A DNA stretch of 34,072 bases from a virus. Lineage: Duplodnaviria > Caudoviricetes. Position numbers and translations under genes: made by a program. How positions within the stretch are numbered: position 1 is the stretch's first letter; every line of letters starts with the position of its first letter. The stretch lies in IMG/VR virus record IMGVR_UViG_3300038334_000110, positions 1-34,072 of that record; one strand, written 5' to 3'. The notes beneath the pieces are model-generated. The model was not told where the DNA came from, made no database searches, and saw nothing but the letters and a program-made list of their open reading frames with translations. Positions 17,817 through 27,800 of this stretch are shown piece by piece.

Positions 17817-18004
17817 GCGATGAAGAAACGTTTGCCCGGTTGCTCTTTTACGGAGTGACTCTGCTGAGTCGGCCGGAGCGCGAAGTCTGGCTCATGCCGC
17901 TTGGCGCTCTTTTGGATCAGTGGGAGGTGTATCAGCAGTTTCATGGGCTGGCAAAAACGAAAGTGGAATACTCAATCGAGGATGTTATTCCTGTTGGAAT
18001 ATGA
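17813..18004 (+). CDS. Tail assembly chaperone extension (gpT-like, probably expressed as a gpGT fusion)
   Basis: In the -1 frame relative to the upstream chaperone. EVWLMPLG.LLD.W motif; no strong RBS of its own. Confidence 0.75.
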   Translation: MSDEETFARLLFYGVTLLSRPEREVWLMPLGALLDQWEVYQQFHGLAKTKVEYSIEDVIPVGI

Positions 18005-18033
18005 AAACTGGCAGAAGCCATGCTCCTGCCAGT
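18004..18033 (-). terminator. Terminator of the lipoprotein gene
   Basis: Minus strand reads ACTGGCAGGAGC-ATG-GCTTCTGCCAGT-TTT. Confidence 0.6.
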
Positions 18034-18076
18034 AGATGTCAACGATCAAATGATATTGTAACGGTATTATGCGTTG

Positions 18077-19411
18077 CTATTGCTTTGGCAGCGCATAAAG
18101 TTCATCGATGCTCATGCCGAAACGTTCCTGTACCAACTGCTCGAAATAAGCAAGGGGTTTATCATAGAAATCCTCGCCTTGTGTACCGAAGGCATCGTTG
18201 AACATACGGGTTAACGTATCCGGATCGGGGTATTGTCCGGTATATTCCTTCGTGGCAGGAAAGTAGTCGAATGCGGCTCCTTCGGTATTACTGTCTATGG
18301 AAATATGATATTTATCCTCGCTCAGAAGATATGTGATCCGCAACCCGTAACCGTTAACCTGATCCAAATATTCAATGTTCCAGTCTTCGTTAAAGCTGCC
18401 CCACTCCGGTCTGTGGATTGCAACATTCATATAGTGAGGATCGTGCTGCTCATATACACCGCACGTTCCAGCAGAATCGAAACCAAACCCAAACTTTGTT
18501 AAGGAGAATTCGGATTCGACATACTGCCCCAGCGAGGTATTGAGATCATTGCTGGTTTGTAATACCAATATTGCGGCGCCACCCCTGCTGTCGAATATTA
18601 GGGTATTATTGATTAGGCCATAAGGAATAACAGCGGACGGAAGCCCGTGCCAATCGCGCAACTCGTCGGTAGTTATTTCAGCGATGCGCTGCTGTATCAA
18701 ATCCGCATCGTCAACATAGTATTGCACGGCAACATTGGCCTCGTTTTTTTGAAGCACTACTTCGATGCTGCATTCAGTAAAGTCCGTCTCGATATTGAAG
18801 AAATCTTTGACGGAGGCCAGGGCGGACATATTGTAATTGTCGCGTACCAGGTCGGTGTATTTTTCCAGATCTGCATCGGGTACATAATATGTCAACTCTA
18901 TGAGGCAGGCACCATTTTCGTGTTTATCGTCGTGTGGTTTCTGCTGCCTGATTGTTACGATACTGCCGTCTTTTGCGGAAAACTCGCAAAACCCATTCTT
19001 GGAATATTCATCAAAGCGGTCGCCTTTCTCTTGCTCTGAAAGACCCGACACGTCAGCCATATAGGCAACGGCCGCATACATATTGCCTTCTGCAGAGATG
19101 GACAGTAGGAAGGGGCTTTTTCCCTCCATTTTTTCAGAGCCTTTGCTGAAGGACGCCGAGAGTAAGATGAAGATATCTGGCAGCGGTACTTCGGCAAATG
19201 GATTGAATTCGCTGTCGAGTAGATCCATTGGCGCGTATGGTTCTGGCGCCGGTGCAGGCGTTGGCGCGGCTGTTTCAGAGGGAGTAGGCGCATTAGACGC
19301 TTCCTGCTGCTGTGGTGACGGAGCTTGAACCATGTCGACTTGCTGGTTCGAACACCCGCTAAATGAGATGACGAGGGATACGAGTAATAGTATCGATACA
19401 ATCCGTTTCAT
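18077..19411 (-). CDS. Acidic lipoprotein of unknown function (cargo)
   Basis: MKR plus hydrophobic core plus FSGC lipobox, then a Pro/Ala/Gln-rich tether. AGGAGG RBS. Confidence 0.85.
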   Translation of the reverse strand: MKRIVSILLLVSLVISFSGCSNQQVDMVQAPSPQQQEASNAPTPSETAAPTPAPAPEPYAPMDLLDSEFNPFAEVPLPDIFILLSASFSKGSEKMEGKSPFLLSISAEGNMYAAVAYMADVSGLSEQEKGDRFDEYSKNGFCEFSAKDGSIVTIRQQKPHDDKHENGACLIELTYYVPDADLEKYTDLVRDNYNMSALASVKDFFNIETDFTECSIEVVLQKNEANVAVQYYVDDADLIQQRIAEITTDELRDWHGLPSAVIPYGLINNTLIFDSRGGAAILVLQTSNDLNTSLGQYVESEFSLTKFGFGFDSAGTCGVYEQHDPHYMNVAIHRPEWGSFNEDWNIEYLDQVNGYGLRITYLLSEDKYHISIDSNTEGAAFDYFPATKEYTGQYPDPDTLTRMFNDAFGTQGEDFYDKPLAYFEQLVQERFGMSIDELYALPKQ

Positions 19412-19467
19412 GCTATTTCCTCCTAGAAAAATTGATCAGGGGAAGATGAAATGATGTTCTTGCTTGT

Positions 19468-19495
19468 ATTGTAACACACTGATAAAAGTTGTAAA
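19468..19495 (-). promoter_or_regulatory. Promoter of the lipoprotein gene
   Basis: TTTACA-16 bp-TACAAT with a TG extension on the minus strand. Confidence 0.6.
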
Positions 19496-19558
19496 TATCA
19501 CTTGTGAGAAATCCATTATGATTGCGGAAAAAGGCGATGCGGAAACAGCATGTAAGTG

Positions 19559-19567
19559 TGATATAAT
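19559..19567 (+). promoter_or_regulatory. Extended -10 promoter of the TspO-like/HD genes
   Basis: TG-A-TATAAT, 22 bp upstream of ATG 19590. Confidence 0.6.
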
Positions 19568-19589
19568 GACGGAAAAAGGGGGTACACAT

Positions 19590-20363
19590 ATGAAAAAGAC
19601 GATTCAAGCTTTGACTGCTGTAACCTTTATTCTCATGGTCGTTGTGAATGCACTGGCTAACATATTGCCAATCAACGGTATTGGTACAGGCGCCGTGTCA
19701 GACTCGTACCCGAACCTGTTTGCGCCCGCGGGCATTACGTTCGCGATCTGGGGCGTCATCTATTTGTTGCTTGCCGCGTATACCGTTTTTCAACTTGGGC
19801 TTTTTAAGAAAAACAGGAACATGAGCGATGCGCTCATGAACAAAGTCGGCGTGATTTTCTCCATATCATCGATCGCGAATACGGTGTGGATTTTCTCTTG
19901 GCATTACCGGATCATCGCCCTTTCGATGGTGCTCATGCTGCTGATCCTCGTGTGCCTTGTCCTCATCGTCAGTGCGATTCGAAAAGAAACGCTGAGCACG
20001 AAAGAAAAAGTGTTCGTCAAGTTGCCCTTTAGCATATACTTTGGCTGGATCACGGTTGCTACCATAGCGAACTTGACCACGCTTTTGGTAAGCGTGGGTT
20101 GGAATGGATTTGGATTGTCTCAAGTCGTTTGGGCGGCTGCTATCATTGCTGTCGGCGCAATCATCGGCATCATTACCATCTTACGCAATAAGGACTATCC
20201 CTACGGGCTTGTGATCTTGTGGGCATATGCCGGGATCGTAATCAAGCATGTTTCTGCAACGGGGTTTAACGGCATGTATCCTGCTGTTATGATTACCACA
20301 ATTGCAGCAATGGTGCTGGTTGTCGTTGCCGAAGTGATCGCAATCACGAAAAAGGCATATTAA
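19590..20363 (+). CDS. Polytopic membrane protein, TspO/MBR-related (tryptophan-rich sensory protein-like) (cargo)
   Basis: About 8 hydrophobic segments. VSD.YPNLFAPAGITFAIWGVIY, N..WIF.W and FSIYFGWITVATIAN motifs. AGGGGG RBS. Confidence 0.75.
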   Translation: MKKTIQALTAVTFILMVVVNALANILPINGIGTGAVSDSYPNLFAPAGITFAIWGVIYLLLAAYTVFQLGLFKKNRNMSDALMNKVGVIFSISSIANTVWIFSWHYRIIALSMVLMLLILVCLVLIVSAIRKETLSTKEKVFVKLPFSIYFGWITVATIANLTTLLVSVGWNGFGLSQVVWAAAIIAVGAIIGIITILRNKDYPYGLVILWAYAGIVIKHVSATGFNGMYPAVMITTIAAMVLVVVAEVIAITKKAY

Positions 20364-20397
20364 ATTGGATTTTGAGCGATCGACATAAGGTATTCAT

Positions 20398-20841
20398 ATG
20401 ATCTACACACCATCTACAAAGCGGGCCACGCTGCTTGCGTTGGATGCACATCGTGGCCAATATGATAAAGGCGGGTTGCCATATATCATGCATCCGCTGC
20501 ACGTCGCGGAATCCATGGAGACAGAGGATGAGTGCGTCGTCGCGCTGTTGCATGATGTGTTGGAAGACACTGAAATTACAGTGTCCGATCTACAAGAATG
20601 GGGGACTGCTGAGCGGCAAATTGAAGCGCTGAGGCTACTGTGTCATGACGAATCCGTGCCTTATTTGGAGTACATTCAGAAACTCATGTCAGATCCAATC
20701 GCAGTGAAAGTCAAGATTGCAGATCTGAGGCATAACTCCGATCTGACGCGATTGACAACAATCACGGAGGAAGATCGTAAGCGTGTGGAATTATACAGGG
20801 AAGCATTACAGCTGCTTCAACAAGAAATAGTCAAGAAATAA
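20398..20841 (+). CDS. HD-domain protein, small alarmone hydrolase (Mesh1/SpoT-HD-like) (cargo)
   Basis: AH.GQ.DK.G.PYI.HPL.VA, ALLHDVLEDT, KVKIADL.HN. Confidence 0.85.
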   Translation: MIYTPSTKRATLLALDAHRGQYDKGGLPYIMHPLHVAESMETEDECVVALLHDVLEDTEITVSDLQEWGTAERQIEALRLLCHDESVPYLEYIQKLMSDPIAVKVKIADLRHNSDLTRLTTITEEDRKRVELYREALQLLQQEIVKK

Positions 20842-20858
20842 AGCAAGAAGTTATTTTC

Positions 20859-20889
20859 AAAGGAACGACCTACGGGCCGTTCTTTTTTT
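20859..20889 (+). terminator. Intrinsic terminator immediately upstream of the tape measure gene
   Basis: AAAGGAACGACC-TACG-GGCCGTTCTTT with a cUACGg loop and a 7-T run. Confidence 0.75.
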
Positions 20890-20917
20890 GCGCTTTTTTT
20901 GAGGGGGAGGCGAGCAC

Positions 20918-23149
20918 ATGGCGAACGATTTTGGTCTGAAGATCGGAATCGACGGCGAACGGGAGTTCAAGGCCGCACTGAAAGATATCAACCAGCAGTT
21001 CAAAGTGCTCGGCTCCGAGATGAAGCTGGTTGAGTCACAGTTCGACAAACAGGATCGCAGTGTCACAGCGCTCACTTCCCGAAATGAGGTGCTGACCAGG
21101 CAGATTGCGGAGCAGAAGGAGAAGATCGAACTACTGCGGCGCGCGCTGGAGAACGCCTCGGAATCGTTCGGTGAGAACGATCGCAGAACGCAGCAGTGGA
21201 CGGTACAGCTCAACAACGCGCAGGCAGAGCTCAACAACATGGAGCGGGAGCTCAAGAGCAACGAAAAAGCCATCGACGGTGTCGGAGAAGAGTTCCAGGA
21301 CGCAGGGAAACAGGCAGGTCGGTTTGGCGACGAAGTCAACGACGCTGCGGACCGTTCGGAACGGGCGAAAGAGCGGTTTGAAAAGCTAGGTACGGTGCTG
21401 CGAACGGTAGGTGCCGCTATGGGTACCGTACTGGCTGCCGCCGGCGTTGCGGTGTTTCAGCTGGGGAAAGCGGTGGTCGAACAGTTTGGTGCGCTGGAGC
21501 AGAACCTCGGCGGCTCGGAGGCGGTATTCGGCGAATATGCCGCGTCGATTCAGAAGACCGGCGAGGACGCATATAAAAACCTCGGTGTTTCGCAGAGCGA
21601 GTACCTAGCCACCGCGAATAAGATGGGCGCGCTGTTTCAGGGCGTCAGTGTCGATCAGCAAACTAGTCTGGAACTGACCGAAAAGGCCATGCAGCGTGCC
21701 GCGGATATGGCGTCCGTCATGGGCATCGACACCTCCATGGCACTGGAAGCGGTAACCGGCGCTGCCAAGGGTAACTTCACCATGATGGACAACCTCGGTG
21801 TCGCCATGAGCGCAACGAGCATTCAGGCATATGCGCTGGCAAAAGGGTTGGACTTTACCTGGAGCTCGGCTACACAGGCGCAAAAGGCCGAAGTTGCCAT
21901 GCAGATGTTCTTTGAAAACACGGAGCAATATGCCGGTAACTTTGCACGCGAATCGTCGCAGACGATCACCGGTTCGATCGGGATGCTGAAAGCGGCAGCA
22001 CAGTCGTGGGTGGCGGGACTCGGTAACGCAAACGCGGATACGCTGGCGTTGACGCGGAATATGACAGACTCGTTACGAACCGTTATGACAAACATCACGC
22101 CGATACTGGAGAATATCGTCAAAGCGCTGCCGGACGCATTGGATTCGATCCTATCCGAAGTATCGGGGATCCTGCCCACGCTGGTGAGCACGGCGGCGTC
22201 GCTATTTCGGCAGTTGCTTGGAACGGTACTGAACCTGTTGCCCGATTTGATCCCGGTCGCGGTGGATGCCGTTATGACGATCATCTGGGCACTTGTCGAT
22301 AATCTGCCGCTGCTGGTGGGTGCGGCGGTGCAGATGATCACCGCACTGGTCAGCGGAATCGGACAAGCGTTGCCGCAATTGATCCCCGCAATCGTACAAG
22401 CAGTCGTGCTAATCGTCTCCTCGCTTTTGGAGAATATCGACCAGGTCTTCGAAGCAGGCATGTCGATCCTGTTCGGGCTGATAGAAGGAATCATCAATGC
22501 ATTGCCTGCGTTGATCGAAGCAATGCCGCAACTGATTGTGGCAATCGTCGAGTGCCTGATCGAAAACCTGCCGAAGATCCTTTCTGCCGGTGAGCGGATG
22601 ATCGGGGCTTTGATTCAAGGGATCGTAGGCTCGATCCCGCAACTTTCTTCGAATATGCCGAGGGTTGTTTCCTCGATTGTGAATGGCATTTCCAAAGCGA
22701 TCGCTTCGGTTGTAAACATCGGAAAAAACATTGTGCAGGGGCTTTGGCAGGGCATCCAGTCCATGGGTCAGTGGATTCAGGACAAGATCGGGAGCCTGTT
22801 CCGCAGCGTGATCAACGGCGCGAAGAGTGTGCTCGGCATCCACAGCCCCTCGACCGTATTCGCCGGGATCGGTGAGAACATGGGTCTCGGGTTAGGCGTT
22901 GGCTTTACCGACGCCATGCGATCCGTTGAAGAGGAGATGAAACGTGCGATCCCGACCAAATTCGACGGGCTGAATATCGACGTCGCCACTGTCTCGAAAT
23001 CCCCATCTTCTTCCAATGAACGAGGCACATCGTCTCAGGCGGGGAACGTGGAAAACAAATACGAGATCGTGATCAACAACCCTAAGCCGGAACCGGCGTC
23101 GGGCAGCATCCGAACGACGTTGCTGAAGCATTCGTATGGCTTGGCGTAG
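20918..23149 (+). CDS. Tail tape measure protein
   Basis: FGLKIGIDGEREFK N-terminus, coiled coil, ~11-aa LP.L periodic region, GIHSPS.VF motif. Confidence 0.93.
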   Translation: MANDFGLKIGIDGEREFKAALKDINQQFKVLGSEMKLVESQFDKQDRSVTALTSRNEVLTRQIAEQKEKIELLRRALENASESFGENDRRTQQWTVQLNNAQAELNNMERELKSNEKAIDGVGEEFQDAGKQAGRFGDEVNDAADRSERAKERFEKLGTVLRTVGAAMGTVLAAAGVAVFQLGKAVVEQFGALEQNLGGSEAVFGEYAASIQKTGEDAYKNLGVSQSEYLATANKMGALFQGVSVDQQTSLELTEKAMQRAADMASVMGIDTSMALEAVTGAAKGNFTMMDNLGVAMSATSIQAYALAKGLDFTWSSATQAQKAEVAMQMFFENTEQYAGNFARESSQTITGSIGMLKAAAQSWVAGLGNANADTLALTRNMTDSLRTVMTNITPILENIVKALPDALDSILSEVSGILPTLVSTAASLFRQLLGTVLNLLPDLIPVAVDAVMTIIWALVDNLPLLVGAAVQMITALVSGIGQALPQLIPAIVQAVVLIVSSLLENIDQVFEAGMSILFGLIEGIINALPALIEAMPQLIVAIVECLIENLPKILSAGERMIGALIQGIVGSIPQLSSNMPRVVSSIVNGISKAIASVVNIGKNIVQGLWQGIQSMGQWIQDKIGSLFRSVINGAKSVLGIHSPSTVFAGIGENMGLGLGVGFTDAMRSVEEEMKRAIPTKFDGLNIDVATVSKSPSSSNERGTSSQAGNVENKYEIVINNPKPEPASGSIRTTLLKHSYGLA

Positions 23150-23164
23150 AGGAGGTGTTAAAGC

Positions 23165-23938
23165 TTGCCTGAGAATTGGACATTCAACGGTTTCCCGCTC
23201 AGTGCGCGAGGAAAGTGGGATGTGGAAGCCGTCATTGAGGGAGTGGGTATTCCCAAATTCCGTGGAAATGACCTGCGGGTACCCTTTCAGCACGGGAACC
23301 GATGGATCAAGAAACGCTTTGATAGCAGGAAGGTCGTTCTTTCCATGTGGATCAAGGGTACGGATCGGGCCAACCTCGACGATAACATTGATGATTTTCT
23401 GACAGCGATCGGACAGCCGGGGCTGCATACCCTGAGCAGGACGTTGCGAAGCGGCGAAACCCGGCTGGCACAGGCTGAGCTTTGCGCGGAGATCCATTTC
23501 GTTCGAAAGAACCCGGGATACGCGAAATTTGCGTTGGAGTTGGAACTGCCCGATCCGTTCTTTTACGCGACGGGAAAGACTGCGAACGTCAGGACGGTTT
23601 CGACCTCTCCCTTGACATGGACACATGCAAATTCAGGCTCCGCGCCGGCGACGAATCTTGTGATCACGCTGGAAGGTCCGCTGAGCAATCCGGTTCTGAG
23701 AAATCAGAACAACGGCGTCTGGATTCAGTACATTGGAACGATTCTAAGTGGCGAATCCGTTGTGCTGGATACGAAACACTTCACATGTTTGCAGGGTGAT
23801 CAGAATATGATCTCGATCGTCAAACATGGTGGCGACGCTTACTGGATGATTCTGGACGCCGGAGACAACAGCATGGAGCTGGAAACGGAAACGACCGGCG
23901 GTGGCGTAACGATTCAATACTACCCCGCATATTTTTAG
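23165..23938 (+). CDS. Distal tail protein (Dit-like)
   Basis: Follows the tape measure gene. DPFFY, N.GSAPA and L..GDN motifs. TTG start with GGAGGTG RBS. Confidence 0.8.
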   Translation: MPENWTFNGFPLSARGKWDVEAVIEGVGIPKFRGNDLRVPFQHGNRWIKKRFDSRKVVLSMWIKGTDRANLDDNIDDFLTAIGQPGLHTLSRTLRSGETRLAQAELCAEIHFVRKNPGYAKFALELELPDPFFYATGKTANVRTVSTSPLTWTHANSGSAPATNLVITLEGPLSNPVLRNQNNGVWIQYIGTILSGESVVLDTKHFTCLQGDQNMISIVKHGGDAYWMILDAGDNSMELETETTGGGVTIQYYPAYF

Positions 23939-23950
23939 GAGGAACAGAAC

Positions 23951-24829
23951 ATGCCCTACCCAACCTTACCCGGACGGAGATTTGAATACGATGTGGGCGG
24001 CGGTTCGGTCTACTACGGGAACGATATCAACGGTATTACAACGGCTTTGACGACCGAACAGATGGCGCAATTGAATGGAATTGGAAATACAAGCATCGTC
24101 ATCTCCAAAGAAGCCTATGATACCGAAGCGGTGAGAACCGTTTGGGTGTTTCTGCCCGAGAAATTCGTCATTGCCGGGCTTGGCATGATACACAGAGTCT
24201 ATACCACCGGCGGTGCCAGCGGCTCGATCGCTGTCGCGGGTAGTGCGGACAGCACCAATGGACTCGACGGTACCTGGATCAGCGCAACGCTGCCGAACGG
24301 CGCAATACCGGCAAAGATGATCGACGACGACGTATGGAGGGATAGCATTCAGCCCTGCACGTTTTCGGAAGCCATCAAGGTTCTGCGACTTCGCTATTAT
24401 GCGCCATTTGATGGTGCAGATTATTCACGGATCTATATCTACGCGCTGCACATCTACGGCGTTAAAGCCTCAGGAGAAGTACCGGACGATATCCTGTTTC
24501 TAGACGATGATGCATCCGGCGATCCTGAATTTATCCGGGACCTCGATTTCGGCGACAGGCCGGAAGGCACGACGGTAACACATCGAATCAAACTTCGAAA
24601 CAGCAGCACGACGAAGATCGCCAACAACCTGACGCTAACCCTGATCGACGTCGACTTGACGTTCAGCATGGACGAAGGTGCTACTTGGGTGACGGGGGCG
24701 ACCATTACCTCGCTTGCGCCGCAGGGGACGAGTAACAGCATACTGATCAAGAACACGATCCCGCCTCCAACGCAGATGCTGGGTCCCCGCGCACCACGAT
24801 TTGAGGTAACGATCGGAAGCTGGTCGTAA
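23951..24829 (+). CDS. Putative tail/baseplate structural protein
   Basis: Beta-rich 292 aa between Dit and the tail-tip gene. S.DSTNG.DGTW motif typical of jelly-roll modules. Strong RBS. Confidence 0.65.
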   Translation: MPYPTLPGRRFEYDVGGGSVYYGNDINGITTALTTEQMAQLNGIGNTSIVISKEAYDTEAVRTVWVFLPEKFVIAGLGMIHRVYTTGGASGSIAVAGSADSTNGLDGTWISATLPNGAIPAKMIDDDVWRDSIQPCTFSEAIKVLRLRYYAPFDGADYSRIYIYALHIYGVKASGEVPDDILFLDDDASGDPEFIRDLDFGDRPEGTTVTHRIKLRNSSTTKIANNLTLTLIDVDLTFSMDEGATWVTGATITSLAPQGTSNSILIKNTIPPPTQMLGPRAPRFEVTIGSWS

Positions 24830-24838
24830 GGAGGGAAT

Positions 24839-27800
24839 ATGCCGGATAGAATCCGACTGATCACACCGCAGAATGAATCGATCACCAGCAGCCTCGCCCT
24901 GACGGCAAAGTGGGCACGTACCTATGAAGAACTGACGAGAGCGGATTTCGATGAAACCGGCATATTCACCCACGTCGTCACCCGCGAAACAGATGGATTT
25001 GCCTTGCAGCTGGATCGGGACCCCAACTCAACGCCGGAAGGATATACGCCCGGCGCAGACTGCGTTCCGCTCATGACAGCGGTGAGCACAGACGGCGTTA
25101 CGGTAACTGACAGCGGGAACCTTGGAACCGGATATGAGGGCTGGCGCGTGTTCGACAACAACAGCAATACCCGCTGGGGTGTTGCTACGACTTCCGGCGT
25201 TCTTACGGTGGCTCTGTCAACAGCGAAGATCATAGCCGGTTATTCCATTCGTGCGAGAAACGATTCCTACCTGATCGACAGCCCGAAAGCATGGGCGTTC
25301 GAAGGCAGCAATAACGGAACCGACTGGATGGTTCTGGATGCACAGTCCGGCGTGACGTCATGGAGCATGAACGAGCGCAAGGAGTTTGCGATAGCAAGCC
25401 CCGCTTCGTATCTATACTATAGGGTTAACATCAGCTCGAACCAGAGCGGTACGGACACGTCGATTTCCGAAGTGGAGCTGCTGGAAGGCGTACCTTACGG
25501 CTTTGATTACTACGGCAGCGGAAATCGTGTCGTCGGCCCCATCCCATTAAGCGGGACAGCATATGGAGACGAAATCCTAACATGGACGCTGGGCGACATG
25601 CCTGCTGGGACGAGCGTTACGATCGGATGTGCCCTGACGACGGATGAGACGCCGCCATCGTCGTATACCCCTGCAACCAACGGCGCGCAATGTCCGGTGA
25701 TCGCGGCGAACGACGATATGACCGGCAAATATTTGTGGGTCAAGCAGGAACTTGCCACCTCTGACATCGAGGTCACGCCGTCGCTGTGCTCCATGGAGAT
25801 GCAGCTGGTATTGGACGCAACGGCCGATCTGACGATTGAGATCGATCGAACCACGCTGTTCAGCGGTATGAACTACCGCTCGAATACGATGGAGGCGCTG
25901 CCGTGCGGTGAGATGACGACCTTCGAGCCATATGATGTGTACGACGGTTTCCTGTACTGGAGAGCGCGGGCTGTCAATGCGACTCTTGGGATCGACACGG
26001 GTTGGAGTACACCGAATACGTTCAATCTCATGGGCGGTCCGTTTCCGCTGCCGCGCTTTTTCACAATGTTGGAAAACAGGCAGTTCGGGAAACGGCGGGA
26101 GACGCGCGCGCTATCCGTCGTGGAGAATATGGGGTTCGGAAAGCCGCGTGAAAAGCGCGCACTCTACTTCCCGGAGAACTGGGCTTTTGGCTATCTAAGA
26201 GCGGGCAGAACGCTATACACCGAACGGAACGTGACCGACGATCCTCCGTTTCCGCGAATCGACTCGATCTCGATCACCAGAGGACAGGCGGGTTCGGTGC
26301 TGACGTTACAGGGCAGCGGATTTGGATATACGCATACGGCGGTGGATGTTGGAAACACCAACCGTTATCTGAGAAGCTACGGCGGGTATGTCTATAGCAA
26401 TGACATACCATGCAACGTAATCGCATGGTCATGGACGGAGATCACCTTCCAGCTTCCGCTTGCTGCGGAAACAGGGCCGATTAAGGTTCTGCTGACAGAG
26501 CCGACGCTTCAAGAGAGCAACTCCATTGGCTTTGAAGTGTATGCCGGATTGCCTTCAGACGATGTGGGTATCGAATTTTTCCTCTGCGACAGGGCAAATC
26601 CGAACGTGCTAGTCAAGCAACTGGATGGCGCTTGGGGTAAAGCGTTTCAGATGGTGCGCAACAACCCCGGCAGCGGACGATTCAAAATTAGCCGATACGA
26701 TGCAGTCGGCGGAAATAGCACATATCTCGCTGACGACAATCTGATACTGGTGAAGCTCGACGGCAATCCGCTATTCAAGTGGATCATTGAATCGAGGAAA
26801 CCGAATTATGTAGATTCCGGCGAACAGCAGGTCATAGACATAAGCGGACGAGGTGTACTCTCTATGCTCGGCTGGGCTGTGGTATATCCGGAGGACATGG
26901 GTACGCCAGTTCTAGACCGGCCGTTCTTCGGCACTGCAAGCAAAGTTCTTAGAACGCTGATTCTGGAAGCACAGGCACGAGGCGGCTTAGTTAACGTGAT
27001 CGTCGACTGGGAGGACGATCGGGACAGCCTGGGGAACGTGTTCTCAGAGAATATCAGCCTGTCCTTTCACGTTGGTACGCCACTGTTGGAGGTTGCGACG
27101 AAGTTCACCGAGGGACTTGGGTACTTCGATATCGAAATGACGCCCGAGCTCGTGCTCAAAATCTATAAGACCAAAGGCGAGGATCTGCACGAGACGGTGA
27201 TCTACCGACCGGGTCAAGCGATCGTCAGTCATGAGAACCAAATCGACGCAAAAAGCGTGGTCAATGAAGTACTCGTCGAAGGCGGAGACAAGCTGTTGGC
27301 GGTTGCTGCACATTCAGCCAGTCAGGCGGCATATGGAAGACGCGAAGGATATCTTTCGGCAAGCAACATCCAGGAGGGACTCAGCGAATACGGTCAGGCC
27401 TATCTGAATCGTGTTGCCTATCCGATATGGGGAATTCAGGGGACGGTAACGAAGTTTTCGGACGATCGGGGCAACCGGATGAAGCCCTTTGAGTCCTACC
27501 TGATCGGCGATTGGATTGGCTGGAATATTGCGCCGGAAGGTTATGACGACACTGGCTTTGACGGTGTACTGCGAGTTTGCGGAATCACGGTCAGCGAAGA
27601 CGACGATACCGGGGACTTGGCCTATACGCTGGAATTGCACGATACTATGCTGGAGCATGAGATTCAACTCAACCAGAAAGTGGAGCGAATGTCTCAGTAT
27701 AGCGGGTCGGATGTACTGTCCGTTTCACCTTCCAGCAGCGGCGGTTATTCGGATTCGGAAGTGAACGCCATGCTGACCGCCAAAGCGAACGTTAATCACC

